NCBI GenBank assembly: GCA_051294375.1
Contig: CM119270.1
Span: 17,544,893 to 17,608,892, forward strand
Direction: 5' to 3'
Length of the DNA: 64,000 bases
Origin: Paraspadella gotoi
Taxonomy: Eukaryota > Animalia > Chaetognatha
Shown: positions 1 through 14,602 of the stretch, one piece after another
Position numbering within the stretch: the stretch's first letter is position 1
Layout of the letters: the number at the start of each line of letters is the position of its first letter
Made by a program: the position numbers and the translations under genes
Notes under the pieces: generated by a model
What the model saw: only the letters and a program-made list of their open reading frames with translations
Databases searched by the model: none
What the model was told of the DNA's origin: nothing

Positions 1-1100
1 AGCGACTGGGTCGATTTTGCGGTCAAACAACATAATTTGTGTCGGAGGACAGGCATCAACTTTTTTCGTCCGGTTTATAATTTTCTAAGTTTAATAAATA
101 AATTAAAAATGTTACTAAGGATTTTTGGATATGAATGTTCTATGGGAAAAGCGTGAAATTCTATTCGGCGAGGTTGGTTGTTGTTGTTGTTGTTGTTAGT
201 TATCAACTTTTCCGTGGCGGCCCATGCCAAGATAAAACACGAAATAAGTAAACAGAAGAAAAAGATTTTCGAGATTAAAGGTGTCAATGGCTAAAAATAG
301 AACCGTACAACGGCGAGAATACAGTAAGTTAAAATAGGAAATAAGAAAATATTAAAATGGCAAATAGGGATTAACATGGAAAAAGAAGAAAAAGAAACAA
401 GGGGAAAAGAGAGCAAGGCGAGAGAGGAGAGAAAGAGGAGAGAAGAGAGAGAGGAGAGTAGTAGAGAGCAGAGAGAAAAGAGAGAGGGAGAGGCGGCAAG
501 CAGGAGAGCGAGAAGAAGGAGAGAGGAGAGGACGGGAAAAAAGAGAGCACTGAGAGAGAGAGAGAGAGAGAGAAGAGAGAGAGAGGAGGAGANNNNNNNN
601 NNNNNNNNNNNNNNNNNGAGAGGAAGAAAGAAAAGAGAGGAAGAAAGAAAAGAGAGGGAGGGAGGAATCCGGAGGAGAGGAAGGAAGGGACGAGGAGAGA
701 AAATGGTGAAGGAGGAAAATCCCGCTCATGCTCGAGTTTGGGTTTATTCTCCAGTGAGAGAAAAGTACTCGTCAATCATACCAGTAGACTGGGTCGATTC
801 GGTCAAACACATAATTTTGTCGGAGGAGGCATCAACTTTTTCGCCGTTTATTTCTAAGTTTTAAATGTTACTAAGGATTTGGATATGAATGTTACTAATG
901 GAAAAGCGTGAATTCTTATTCGGCGAGGTTGTTGTTGTTGTTGTTGTTGTTGTTATCAATCGTGGCGCCATGCCAAGATAAAAACACGAAAGTAAAAGAA
1001 GAAAAAAGATCGAGATTAAGTGAATGCTAAAAATAGAACCGTAACGGGAGAATACTAGTAAGTTAAAATAGGAAATAAGAAATATAAAATGGCAGGGATA
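1..1100. repeat. Imperfect direct duplication (~1-372 vs ~786-1100)
   Basis: gactgggtcgatt...aaatggca..ggga occurs twice with scattered indels. Confidence 0.8.
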
Positions 1101-2119
1101 NNNNNNNNNNNNNNNNNNNNNNNNNNNNNNNNNNNNNNNNNNNNNNNNNNNNNNNNNNNNNNNNNNNNNNNNNNNNNNNNNNNNNNNNNNNNNNNNNNNN
1201 NNNNNNNNNNNNNNNNNNNNNNNNNNNNNNNNNNNNNNNNNNNNNNNNNNNNNNNNNNNNNNNNNNNNNNNNNNNNNNNNNNNNNNNNNNNNNNNNNNNN
1301 NNNNNNNNNNNNNNNNNNNNNNNNNNGAGTCGAGTTTCTTTCGGTTTTCGACTTTCGGCTCAACGCGTTTTTACGATCTACCAAAAACTCTGCATTGAGA
1401 AAGGGAAGTTGTCGTCGTCGTCGTCGTCGTCGTCGTTGTCATTGTCGTGTGGAGGACGTCATTGTCGTCGTCATATAATCCTTCTCATCGTCGTCATCGT
1501 ATGACCGTCGTCGGCGTCGTCGTTCTCATCGTCGTTTTCGTCATCGTCGCTGTCTTATGTCGTCTTCATTGTCGTCGTCGTGTGGTCGCGTGTGGTCTCG
1601 TCATTGTCGGACGTTGTCGTTCCATCGTAGGTCGATTGTCGTCTCATCGACCTTGTCGTCCACTTGATAGTCGATAATCGTCATCGCTTTATTNNNNNNN
1701 NNNNNNNNNNNNNNNNNNNNNNNNNNNNNNNNNNNNNNNNNNNNNNNNNNNNNNTCGTCGTCGTCGTCGTCGTCGTCGTCGTGCGAGTGTTATTATCGTC
1801 CTCGACGTCGTCGTTTTCGTCAACGTCGTCGTCGTCGTCGTCGTCGTCGTCTTTCGTTACTTTCGTCTCAGTCATAACAATGAAATAAACAATCGCCCGA
1901 ACGATGTTGGGTCCATTTAACAAACAATCAACGATGGGAACAACTTGATATAAATAAGACGAACAATGAAAACATCAAAGAAACGAACAAACTTTTATTA
2001 ATGTCTAGATTAAACAAGAGAAGACTCTTTGTATCAGAATTTAATGGAATGAAATAGACATAAACTAGATTGCAATAATTTTATCACTGCAATTTATCCC
2101 TAAGAATTTAATATTGTCA

Positions 2120-2480
2120 CTGAAAAAGACTGTGATACCTAATTCTATCTACCAAATTGATAGTCATTTGTGACATTAATAAGAGATTAATTACACAGAA
2201 AAACCTTGCGGGCTAACAGTCATCTATGACCATTAATGCCAGAGAAAAAAGCTTGCGTGTTTGTGACACTCCTGTCACTAACCTGACAGTCATCTGCGAC
2301 CAGAAAGAAAGATTAGATAGAAACAATCAAGACGTGACAGAAAAAGCTTGTGACATTTCTATCACTAACCTGACGGTCATCTGCGACCAGAAAGAAAGAT
2401 TAGATGGAAACAATCAAGACGTGACAGAAAAAGCTTGCGACATTTCTATCACTAACCTGACGGTCATCTGCGACCAGAAC
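2120..2480 (-). repeat. 87-bp tandem repeat containing MCT exon 3' end plus donor
   Basis: cactaacctgacrgtcatctgcgaccagaa at 2276, 2363 and 2450; decayed copies at 2120-2250. Confidence 0.9.
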
Positions 2481-4174
2481 GAGTCGGTGACGGCGTAAAA
2501 GAAACTGATGACGGTGATGACGACGTCGGCGACGAAAAAGATGGGCGTGCCGAGACGCGAGACGCGAGGCGAAGTCGTCGCCAGCGACGTAAGGAGGCGC
2601 GCCGCTAAATCGCCGGCGCTCATCGCCGACACGGAGGACGCCGCTTCGTGTTCTGTCGGGGGGGGGGTGTTGTCGGTTACGGATGTAAGAATGTTGTACA
2701 CGGCGAAAATACTTACATTGATAATTAAACAATAATTTGACATTTAAAAAGATATTTAGTTCCCGGGGGTTAAAGATTGTATGGGCGCCAAACAGTCTTG
2801 ACATTCTTAGTTAGATGATGTTTGGCAGGATCGAGCTGCCAGAAGGCTGGATGAAAAAGCATGAAGAAAATTAGCATGAAGAATGCAGTATTAACCACAC
2901 TCTTAAGCCTTGACAGTCATCATGATTTAAAGAGATCAAGGAATCTTGTTCTCCTTGCTTATTGTAACTTTTAAATAATAGGTATGCGAGGTTCAGTAAA
3001 CAGAACAAGCTGCTGTCTTCAGTGAGGGCATTTCAAAGATGGCTCCCGCTTTTTATTCCTTTTTCAGTGAGCGAGTTGTCTCACGCGCGCCTTCTAACGT
3101 GACCAGCCCGTGAATTCACACTCACACCTGCTCGAGCTGTAACTGTACCTGTAACTTCAGACAGCAACGTGAATAGCCCTAACAGCAGCCACAACAGCAA
3201 CTAGAACAGCAACTATAACAGCAACCACAACATCAACCGTCGCTCAAAATGTCATAAAGGAGATCAACACAAGAAAAGAAATGGAGACGGAAGAGGAAAA
3301 AGAAAAAAAAGGAGATTTTTCAAAAAGCGTAATTTTTGTCATAAATCTCCTTTACAATTGAGAAAATAGAGGAGAGANNNNNNNNNNNNNNNNNNNNNNN
3401 NNATATAGAGAGTCAGATCGAGAAGTGATTCATATATAGAGAGATTAGATATAGCTTACATAGTTTAGTACGTTGTTATCAGGATAAATCCTACAACGCC
3501 TTATGTTACTCTTATAGTGTGATTTTTTCCTTTATTTTTCTTGCTTCATTTTCTTTATATATCTTTCTTCTTAACTTTCCTCTTCTCGTTCTCTTCCTGC
3601 CTTCCTTTCTCAATTACTACTTTCTCTTTCCTTCTCTTACTCTCTCTTCTCATTATATCATTCTACTTACTCTTCTAACTATACATCATTACATCTTTAT
3701 TATACTCCTCTTCTCTTCTTATCATCATTCATATATACAATACGTTCTCTTTTCCTCTCCTCTCAATGCTCCTCTCCCTCTCTTCTCTTATCTTCTCTCT
3801 TTTGTTCTTGCCTAATTTTATCTGCTTCTCTTCTCTTCTTATGCGTTTCTCTTTCTCTTCTCGTTCTTTTAAGTTTCCTCGCTCTTCTCTTCTTCTCTCT
3901 CTGTACACTTCTTCTTCTCTTAGCTTTCAAACATTTCTTCTCTTCATATTATCTTCCGTCCCCATCTCACATTTACTACTAATCCTGTCTTGTTTATTAA
4001 CACTGACATCAAAACAATATCGAGACCATTTTTTGACTGTCGGCGCGACGAACTAGAGAATACTATTTGTGGGTACGCATTGAGAGACATATACACAGAC
4101 AGACAATTGTGGGCTTCTTTGGCGTTAGTCACTGTTGGCCAACTTTGAGAGAGAGAGAGAGAGAGAGGGAGGAG

Positions 4175-4207
<33 letters not shown>

Positions 4208-6781
4208 AATGAGAAAGAATCTAATAAGTGAAGAGACTTTCGACCCCCCTGAAAAGAAAGTCGACTAAGAAGGTGAAGTTGGTGAGGTTGAGGGTAAGTC
4301 GTTTGTTCCCCTTATTTCGATCGCCCGTTTAATGAATTAATAATATTTAGAGAGAGAGATATTATGACCAATTTTTGTTTTGTGTGAGACACGATCACAG
4401 ATATAGGGCAATTCAAATCTTTGCAGCTCCATCACATTTTTCTTTCAATTTCTTTTCCAGAGAGAATATTTGATTTTTATTCCTATCATATATACCTTAT
4501 AACCCTTTCGAGAAGTTATTGAAAAAGGTCCTTGTAGAAACGTTTTGAAATGAAGAAAGTTAAAAAAAACATTTTAATCATAATTCATGTCTTATTATTA
4601 ATTTTTGGGATTATTTTGCTTTTGAAGCAGAAAGACATTATGATAAAAATTTAACAATTTAATATATTTATTTTTAAACTGAACGTTTGTTGGCTCCGCC
4701 GTACGATCGATGTCTTTAGAGCAACGAAATCTGAAACTTTCAATAATTACCATCTTTCTTGATCTCACTAGTTTAGGTAATGAAGCTTAGCTTCATTTAC
4801 AAAAACGGTAGTCTCAAGTTATCTCCTCTGATCACCTTAAGAACTTCCCAGGGTAAAATTTCTATGAGTTTAAAAATACGGGTAAGAACATGATTTCTTC
4901 TTAATGATTGTTTATTCTAATCCATTAACTTGCATAATTTTAGATATAAGTATGTTCGAATTTTTATGGTATACCAGAATCATATTTTAAAGAATCTGAA
5001 TTCCTCATACGGAATCTTCACGTCTTTTACTTACATAAAAGTTTTTTAGGTTTAGACGCCACAGTATCTGATAACAATTTTTTTTTCTAATACGCTTCCC
5101 GGTTCTTTTTTCTTTCACTTCTTTTCTCTCTTTTCTTTATAATTTTTCCTCTTCCTCTTTCCTTCCCTTACTTCACATCACATGGATCACTTACCATTCT
5201 TTTGGCCCCTACCTTTTTCTGGCCACTCATGGCACTTCGCTCACATTTTTTGCTCTCGCTTCTCTCTTTCCCTTTCTTTTTCCCCCTCTTTTTCCTTCCG
5301 CAGATTTTCCCTCAGTTCCCTAGCCTTTTATTTTATCCTCAACTTAAATATATATATATATATACTCCCCTTGCCTTCCTTTTTTTTTGCATTTCGGCCT
5401 GTCTTTTAATTCATCTCTCTTTCTCTTTTTCTCTTGTTTTCCCATTTCGTCTTCCCTCTCAAGCAACGTTTACATTGAGAGAAATATTTAAAATGCATTA
5501 TAAGAAAGAAGAGAATCAAGCGGTAAGCGCGTGATTTATTACTTTCTTTTGGATGCCATAGACATTTAGTAAAATCGAGCAAGATTTTGGCGGAAAGAAA
5601 TTTCCGCAAAATCTGTCGATTTTGAGAAAAAGACAAGTCTGATGCTTTCCCAGTGGATTAAGAAGCGGTTTTTTTTGATTAATCAAGGTCAGTAAGTGTA
5701 CCCTCAAACTTTTAGAAACCTAATAAATGAGTTGAAAATATTCTCTTTAATCAAAAATAAATGCAAGTCACAAAAAAGTCACAAATTAAAAAGACGTCAT
5801 TTAACAAATATTTGTAGCTAAAACCCAGAAAAGTTTTTTTGATAATTTCTGATAGGTGTTAAAAGCTTATTCCAAATAGGCCTATATTTTTCTGTTAATG
5901 TTTCAAACTCAGATTTGTGATTATTTTTTGTTTAACAAATTATGATAAAAGACTCGAAACCCAACTTTTTGACTTGTTAAACTTTAGAAACTTAATTCAA
6001 GGGCAAACTATAAAGTGATTTAAGCTAATAAATTGTCGCGCAGAGGGTAAAAGAAGGATGAGAAAGAAACGGATTTCCAAAGTAACAAATATTTTCTGCA
6101 ACCTTTCCTTGGCATTCAAATTCAAAAGGCAGAGTCGTAAGGTTAAAAGATTGCGCAAACAATGGGACATAAAATTTTTTGGCTAAAAGGTCTGCCAAAT
6201 GGTACTATTTTATATTAAAAAACGGGTGGGATGTTTTTAACCAATACTGTCATTCGGACCTAATTTGTGTTGGGGTGACAGAGAAAGTTAATCAACATTG
6301 TAAGTAAGAAACTGAAAGAAATGAGTAGGAAAAGAGTCTTTTTTTCCTTAATGCAAGACGTTTGTACCGCGGAACCTTTTGCACGCTTCACTTGCGAATG
6401 CATTTCAAAGGACACACCAAACTGTCCTCTCTTCAACGCCGACGCGAGTATGTGTATTTTTTTAATCTTCTTTTTTTTTTCCTATTTTCTCCTTTTTGCT
6501 CGTTTTTCCTTTTCCTCCCAACGAAATAATAAAAAGATTAGAAAAAAAATGAATCGTAAAAATAAAAATAATAGAATAATATTTCTTTTTCAGTCGCCTG
6601 AAAACGGCGGGAAATCGGCCTCATTTCAACTTTGAATGCTAGTTAGCATGAGAAAATAATCTGCTGTCTCGTCTCTCTCTCTCCGTTCTCGTCGTCGTCT
6701 CTCCACTCTCTCCTCTCTCTCTCTCGTCTTCTCATCTCTCTCTCTTCTCTCTCTCTCTCTCTCTCTCTCGTCACTCACTCT

Positions 6782-6817
<36 letters not shown>

Positions 6818-7639
6818 TCTATGAATAGCATTAAAGTTGAAATGAGGCCGATTTCGCGTTTTTCAGGCGACTGAAAGAAAATATTCATTATTTTTATTTT
6901 ACGATTCATTTTTTTCTAATTTTTTATTCATTTCGTTGGGAGGAAAGAAAAACGAGCAAAAAGGAAGAAAAAGGAAAAAAAAAAGAAGAAAAAAATGACA
7001 ATATCGCCGTCGGCGTTGAAGAGAGACAGTTGGTGTGTCCTTGAAACGATTCGCAAGTGAAGGCAAAAACGCTTCAGTTTAAAAAAAATATATAAAATTG
7101 TTAAATTTTGTTATCATAATGTTTTCTGTTCAAAAGCAAAATAATCCCAAAAATTAATAATAAGAATGAATTATATAAAATGTTTTTTTTAACTTTCTCA
7201 TTTCAAAACGTTTCTACAGACTTTAATAACTTCTCGAAAGGGTTATAGGTTACATGAAGGAAAAAATCTAATATTCTCCTCGGAAAGAAATTGAAAAGAA
7301 AAATGTGAGGAGGTGAAAGATTGAATGCTATATTCTGTGTGATCGTGTCTCACACAAACAAAAATGTCAAATCAGAAAACGAAAACGGGCGATCGAAATA
7401 AGGGGAACAAACGACTTACCCTCAACCTCACCAACTTCACTCTAGGTCGACTTTCTTTTCAAGGGGGTCGAAAGTCTCTCACTTATTTAATTTTTCTTTC
7501 TCATTCTCTCTCTCTCNNNNNNNNNNNNNNNNNNNNNNNNNNNNNNNNNNNNNNNNNNNNNNNNNNNNNNNNNNNNNNNNNNNNNNNNNNNNNNNNNNNN
7601 NNNNNNNNNNNNNNNNNNNNNNNNNNNNNNNNNNNNNNN

Positions 7640-7675
<36 letters not shown>

Positions 7676-10600
7676 AAGGTGGCCAACAGGATAACGCCAA
7701 AGAAGCCCACAAAGCGCCGCTCTTGACCACATTTTGCAATGCGTACCCACAAAATATTTCTCATGGTCGTCGTTCGGCCGCCGAGAGTCAAAAAATGTCT
7801 CGATATTGTTTTGATGTCAGTAAAGACAGGAGAGGAAAGGAGAGGAGAGAAGAAGAGAAGAGAAGTGAAGAGAAGAGAAGTGAAGAGAAGAGAAGAGAAG
7901 AGAGAAATTAAAAGAAGAGAAGAGAAGAGAAACGATAAGAAGAGAAGAGAAGAGATAAAAAGAGAAGAAAAAAGAAGAGAAGATAAGAGAAGAGAGGAGA
8001 GGAGATGAGAGGAGAGGAAAAGAGAAGAGAAGAGAAGAGATAAGAAGAGAAGAGAATATAATAGAAGAGAAGAGAAGAGAAGAGAAGAGAAGAAAAGAGA
8101 AGAGAAGAGAAGAGAAGAGAAGAGAAGAGAAGAGAAGAGAAGAGAAGAGAAGAGAAGAGGAAAGAGAAGAAAAGAATAAAAAGAAAATGAAGAAGAAAAA
8201 AAAGGGAAAAAAATTCAACTATGAAGTATAACATAGGCGTGTAGGATTTATCGGTATTATACAACCGAGTACATATATACAAAAACAGTCTAAAAGCAAT
8301 TTCCTAATTCTTTCTTTAATCCATGAATCACTTTTTCTCGACTGCCCAACGAGACAAGATTAAATTGCCGTCCAAAAAAAAAAAAAAAAAAAGAGCGAAG
8401 ATAAACTGCCCGCGAAGAAGAGAAAGCTTGCGCCTCATTTGCGATGCATTGAAAAATGAAACTAATTCGTTTTCTGACGACGACGACGACGACGATGACG
8501 ACGACGACCGATGTCCTCGTCCTTTTATATGTTCGCCGAATCGAAGGAACTCAAAACCGAGGTCGTGCCTTCATCCTCGAATTGGCCAATTTCGATAAGA
8601 CTCCGCATTTTTAAAATATCAGCACAAATCCGTCCAAATGTACGTATCAACTGATACTCAAATGTTCCGGTCGTACTTATCCTTGAATTCCACCGAAACA
8701 CCGGATCAAACTTTATTACTGTTATCGTGCATCTAATGTTGTTTTCGTGTCTAAATTCTTACGATGATGTAATAAAGTTTGAGTAAATGTAAAACAATTG
8801 TAACTCATATATTTCTAGATTCTTTTCTCCCTATTCTGTTTTTTTGCGAAAATTGGTTATCTCTTTTGAGACTTTTCTTCTTTTTTTTTCTCGACAGTTT
8901 TGTCCAAACTGTTTCGCAGTGAGAACGCTAATCTTTTGTCGACGTTATGCTGATGACAACGGTGGCGACGATGACGACGATGACGGCGACGACGACGACG
9001 ACGAAGAAGAAAACGACGACTAAAACGAGAACGACGATGACGGCGACGACGTTGACGTCGACGGCGATGACGGCGACGACGATGACGGCGACGACGATGA
9101 CGGCGACGACGATGACGGCGACGACGATGACGGCGACGACGATGACGGCGACGACGATGACGGCGACGACGATGACGGCGACGACGATGACGTCGACGGC
9201 GACAACGAAAAACGTTACTCGATTTTTGGAAAAGCCGTCAAACTCGATAACCGGAAGTAGAATAGGGGAAAATGGAACGTGATGAAAATAAAGAAAGGGG
9301 TATATGGAAATGAAGGGGGAAATGGACGGAGGGAAATGGAAAATGGCAAATTGAAATGGATTGAGTGGAAAAAAGACGTGGAAAATGAGACTAAAGATGT
9401 GGAAAGAGATGGTAAGATGAATAATAAAATGATAGTAAAGGAAATAAGGAGAATAAATGTTGTCGAATTTCGTCGAAATGAAAATTTTAAAAAAAAAATT
9501 GGGAAATGAAGGGAAAAGGAAAAAAGAAAAGAAAATAATATTAGTTAATTTTTTTTAAAAAATGTATCGAAAGACGGACTTGAATTTTGACGTCTAACCA
9601 AGGTCACGTGAAGAAAAAAAAAGGCGGAAAAATATGAAGAAGTAAAATTTATTTTGAAAAAAAAAATAGTTTAGAAAAAAATAAACGCAAAAAAATTACT
9701 GTACAAAGAAACGAAACATTTTCGAATCTTAATTTTTTTCCTTCGTAAGGATTTTAAAAATTGTTAACTTTCACCTAAAATGAATAGTAAAGAATTTAAA
9801 GACTAAAGAGACGAAATCTCGATTTAATTAGCGACCAACTGCCACTGTGGAAACGAATTTTCCGCTCGAATTCGCTGTGCCAACGACCGAACTTCTCGAC
9901 AGTCGCCGACTTAATCTCATTTCGGTTTTAAAAGTAAAGAAAAGCAGATGCCAGATCGACGCATTGGGCTCTTGCTTCGTTAAAAAGATGCATGGATGCA
10001 TGGCGAGCTTTAATGGCGCCGGATAATCCAGTATCGTTTTTTAAGCCCTCGCATATAATCAGGCCGCGAAAATGTTTTACATATTTCTCTCATTAATTTC
10101 CATATCTGTTTTTAGTTGCGACGCGAGTACTCGCGGAGCTACTCCATAAGTCACTTTTCGGTCGGACGGTCGGTCCGTCAGTATGTCTGCCTGACGGTCT
10201 GTCCCACTTACGTTAAAAATGCATATACTAATATGCTTATATTTGGTTGATCATTTGTTAAAACAAAAAAATCCTCAAATCTAAGGGACTGCTCGCGCCG
10301 TCTTTAGGAATTACTAAAACCATAATGAATAAAATCGGAATTTTGATATAGTGCATGTCATAAATACATGTGCAGAGAAAGTTTTTTAGTCATGTCATGT
10401 CATGTCATATCATGTGATCAAAGGAAAATACACATGAATATAAAGTCACTGCGACGCAACACATTGGAATTACCGTTCTTGTTTTTTTTCTCAGACGGAA
10501 TATTCAAATTTACTTTTGTTTTTATCCATTCCAACCGTTTTGATTTTTTATGAAACGAAACCAGATCTGGAGAACATATTGGCNNNNNNNNNNCATTCCA

Positions 10601-11907
10601 ACCGTTTTGTTTTTTGGAGAACATATTGGCCAATCTCATTGACAGAAAGGTCATATTGGCCAATCTCATTGACAGAAAGGTCATATTGGCCAATCTCATT
10701 GACAGAAAGGTCATATTGGCCAATCTCATTGACAGAAAGGTCATATTGGCCAATCACATTGACAGAAAGGTCATATTGGCCAATCTCATTGACAGAAAGG
10801 TCATATTGGCCAATCTCATTGACAGAAAGGTCATATTGGCCAATCTCATTGATAGAAAGGTCATTTGATTAACGAAAGAGAAACCTCATTAACCAAAAAG
10901 GTAAGGAACCAAGACTCTTTAATCAGACACATACTTTCCGACCCTACCTTAAAAGGCATCGAACTCACCCAAAACGCCTTACCCGAAAGAGCCTTGACCT
11001 CCTCGATATATCTCGGCTGCAGAATGATGATGGTGAGCATTCCGCCGGCGTGGAGGATCACGTAGGAGAGATAGAGGAAGAACTTGGGATTTCTGAGGAC
11101 GGAGAAGTCGAAGCGGCTCGTCGACTGCATCTCCTCCAACTCCTCCTCCATCGTCTGCATGTCTGGAGGGGTTAGGGATGAATAAAAGGGATTAATTACT
11201 AAATTAGTAAATTAATAAAAGACACAAAGAGAGAGAGAGAGAAAGAGAGNNNNNNNNNNNNNNNNNNNNNNNNNNNNNNNNNNNNNNNNNNNNNNNNNNN
11301 NNNNNNNNNNNNNNNNNNNNNNNNNNNNNNNNNNNNNNNNNNNNNNNNNNNNNNNNNNNNNNNNNNNNNNNNNNNNNNNNNNNNNNNNNNNNNNNNNNNN
11401 NNNNNNNNNNNNNNNNNNNNNNNNNNNNNNNNNNNNNNNNNNNNNNNNNNNNNNNNNNNNNNNNNNNNNNNNNNNNNNNNNNNNNNNNNNNNNNNNNNNN
11501 NNNNNNNNNNNNNNNNNNNNNNNNNNNNNNNNNNNNNNNNNNNNNNNNNNNNNNNNNNNNNNNNNNNNNNNNNNNNNNNNNNNNNNNNNNNNNNNNNNNN
11601 NNNNNNNNNNNNNNNNNNNNNNNNNNNNNNNNNNNNNNNNNNNNNNNNNNNNNNNNNNNNNNNNNNNNNNNNNNNNNNNNNNNNNNNNNNNNNNNNNNNN
11701 NNNNNNNNNNNNNNNNNNNNNNNNNNNNNNNNNNNNNNNNNNNNNNNNNNNNNNNNNNNNNNNNNNNNNNNNNNNNNNNNNNNNNNNNNNNNNNNNNNNN
11801 NNNNNNNNNNNNNNNNNNNNNNNNNNNNNNNNNNNNNNNNNNNNNNNNNNNNNNNNNNNNNNNNNNNNNNNNNNNNNNNNNNNNNNNNNNNNNNNNNNNN
11901 NNNNNNN

Positions 11908-11944
<37 letters not shown>

Positions 11945-14565
11945 CCAACCTGCGAATAAATCCTCCTCCTCTTCCTTCTCTTTCTCCAACCAAATTTTCT
12001 CGATTTCCGTCGGAGTCAAAATTGGCGCTGATTGCGTCGTCGTCGTCGTCGTCTCGTCAAAAGCGACGCCAGTCGATCGATTTCTCGACGTCGGTGGCGA
12101 GGTCGTCGGCGTCATCGGCGGCGTCGTTTTGGTCGTCGGCGTCATCGTCATCGGCGGCGTCATTTTGGTCGTCGGCGTCGTTTCGTGGTCAAATAGGACG
12201 CCGGTAATATTCCTTTTAGGCGTCGGCGGCGTTTTGGTCGTCGTCGTCGTCGTCGTCGTCGTCGTTGTCTCTCCGTCGCCTTCGTCAATGAAACGAAAGG
12301 CGGTGACGTCATCCGGAACGAAACCGAGATTGAATCGAGCGCCGCCGCCGCCGCCGCCGCCGTCTTCCCCGCCGCAAGACTCGGCGGCTTCAACATCATC
12401 GTCCTGCTCCTCCATCTCCCTATCGTTCTCCATTCCTTCTCCTTCCTCCAGCCCCAACCCCAGCCCCAGCACCCCCAACGGACCCAAAGGCCCCGACGGG
12501 CGACGCTGGAAAAAGTCCGTCCCCAAACAAGTGCTGCTCCGCCGCGTCTGACGCGACTCTTCGTGGAATTTCACGTCGGACGCATAACGGACGCTTTTGC
12601 GCGAACGACGGGCGTCGGACGACGGCGACGAGGTCGACGAAAGAGGGCGCGACGACGCCGGCGACAGATGGCGCCGCGCCGGCGACGACGACGGAGACGA
12701 AAACGAGACCCGGCGTCGATATTCCGTCGCTGCGTCGTTTTCGAAACCGGCGCTCTTCGCCGTTCCGTTTTGACCGCCGCGAACTTTGAGCGCCGACTTC
12801 TTGGGCGCCGGGGAAGTTATCGGCGTCGTCANNNNNNNNNNNNNNNNNNNNNNNNNNNNNNNNNNNNNNNNNNNNNNNNNNNNNNNNNNNNNNNNNNNNN
12901 NNNNNNNNNNNNNNNNNNNNNNNNNNNNNNNNNNNNGGGAAATGGAATAGGAAGAATTGGTTACTGTTTGTTTGTTCGTTTGTGAAGTTGAGTAATTTGT
13001 GTGAATCATTTTAAATGTGATTGAGTTTCTCAATTTCATTTTTTTTTATTGGTTTGATTAAGTTAATGTTTTTATTAAGAAAATGTTTATGTCTCTCTGT
13101 TATTCAATCAACAGTTATAATAATATTGTGGACGCAACAAGATTGAGAGTAAGAATTATTTATTCTTCAACAAAGTAAAATAACAATAACAGTCAAAAGG
13201 CTCAGATGCTAAGTCTATAACAATGGTATTTACAAGGTCAAAGTTTGACCGTAAAGAGAAGAGTAAAACAATCGAGGGTAAGGTCGAAAGTAAAGTCAAT
13301 TGGTTTGACCGAGGTTGCGTGTTATAGTTGATCGTCCACAATATCTTAATTTTAATTTTTACAAACGATCCATAGATCACGACATTTGCATAATAGTTAA
13401 ATGAGAAACAGTTGGTGAATGCCTAAAATCGTTTCAATTCTTAGCCTACTTAACTCCTGAGCAAACGAGATAGCAGAATTATCAAAATGATTGGGTAGAT
13501 TTAAATTGGTTGCACCAGTTTCTTAAAAGTCTCGAGTCTCGACTGAGTTCTGTTTCATATCCTCTAATTCATTAACTATTTTCAAAATATCAAATTATTT
13601 AAAATCGCATCGACACGGAACTAAAAAAATGAAAGAAAACAAGAAATAAATTAGTCGAGAAAAAAATATAAACAAAGAAAAGATAACAAAAAACAAATGA
13701 AACTAAAAAGAGAAAAAAATATAAACAAAGAAAACATAAGAAAAAAACAAATGAAACTAAAAACGGGAGGAGTTTATCGATTGCGATTTTGGCGCCAAAT
13801 TATCCCGAGTTTCGGACTGAAGCTTCGGATTAGAATTTATCGAAAAATCTAATCGCTAATTCCAGACTTCAAGTCTTTATAAAAAAAAATAAATTAAAAA
13901 AAACAAACAAACAAAACAAAAAAATAATTAAAATAAAAAATAATGTAAGAAAATCTGATTCTGCATTTTTCGAGATAATTTCGACGGCAAATTCTCCTTA
14001 AAAAGGCTTTTTTTTAGAGAAAGGAAGGGTTCGAACTGACGAGAAGAAATTTCCATAAAAGATGAAGATTAATAACGAAAAGTCGTGCGTCAATAAAAGA
14101 GCAAAGACGATGACGACGATGATGACGAAGATAGGGACGAAAGAAAATTGCCCCAAAAGGCTCGCTTTCCCTCCCTCTCAAGTCTCAAACCGACTCTCCC
14201 CTTAAAAAAAGAAAAAAAATTATACAGAAAAGAAAAGGGGGAAAAAAGGAAAAAAATCCAAAAAGAAGGCGTCTAATAAATCCTGCCGAATCTAAAAGTC
14301 AAAGGCGGCTGCAGACGATTTCACTCTCTCTCTCTNNNNNNNNNNNNNNNNNNNNNNNNNNNNNNNNNNNNNNNNNNNNNNNNNNNNNNNNNNNNNNNNN
14401 NNNNNNNNNNNNNNNNNNNNNNNNNNNNNNNNNNNNNNNNNNNNNNNNNNNNNNNNNNNNNNNNNNNNNNNNNNNNNNNNNNNNNNNNNNNNNNNNNNNN
14501 NNNNNNNNNNNNNNNNNNNNNNNNNNNNNNNNNNNNNNNNNNNNNNNNNNNNNNNNNNNNNNNNN

Positions 14566-14602
<37 letters not shown>

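Noticed and set aside
700-864. Plus-strand peptide MVKEENPAHARVWVYSP...
   Set aside because: No recognisable family or splice context; it lies in a noisy duplicated block and does not supply the missing MCT TM10-12.
10622-10863. CRISPR-like 30-bp repeats with an internal palindrome
   Set aside because: Units are head-to-tail with no unique spacers, there are no cas genes, and the context is a eukaryotic intron.
11204-13039. 611-aa ORF as a standalone gene
   Set aside because: It spans two N-gaps; the real part is the MCT cytoplasmic-loop exon ending at the 11950 donor.
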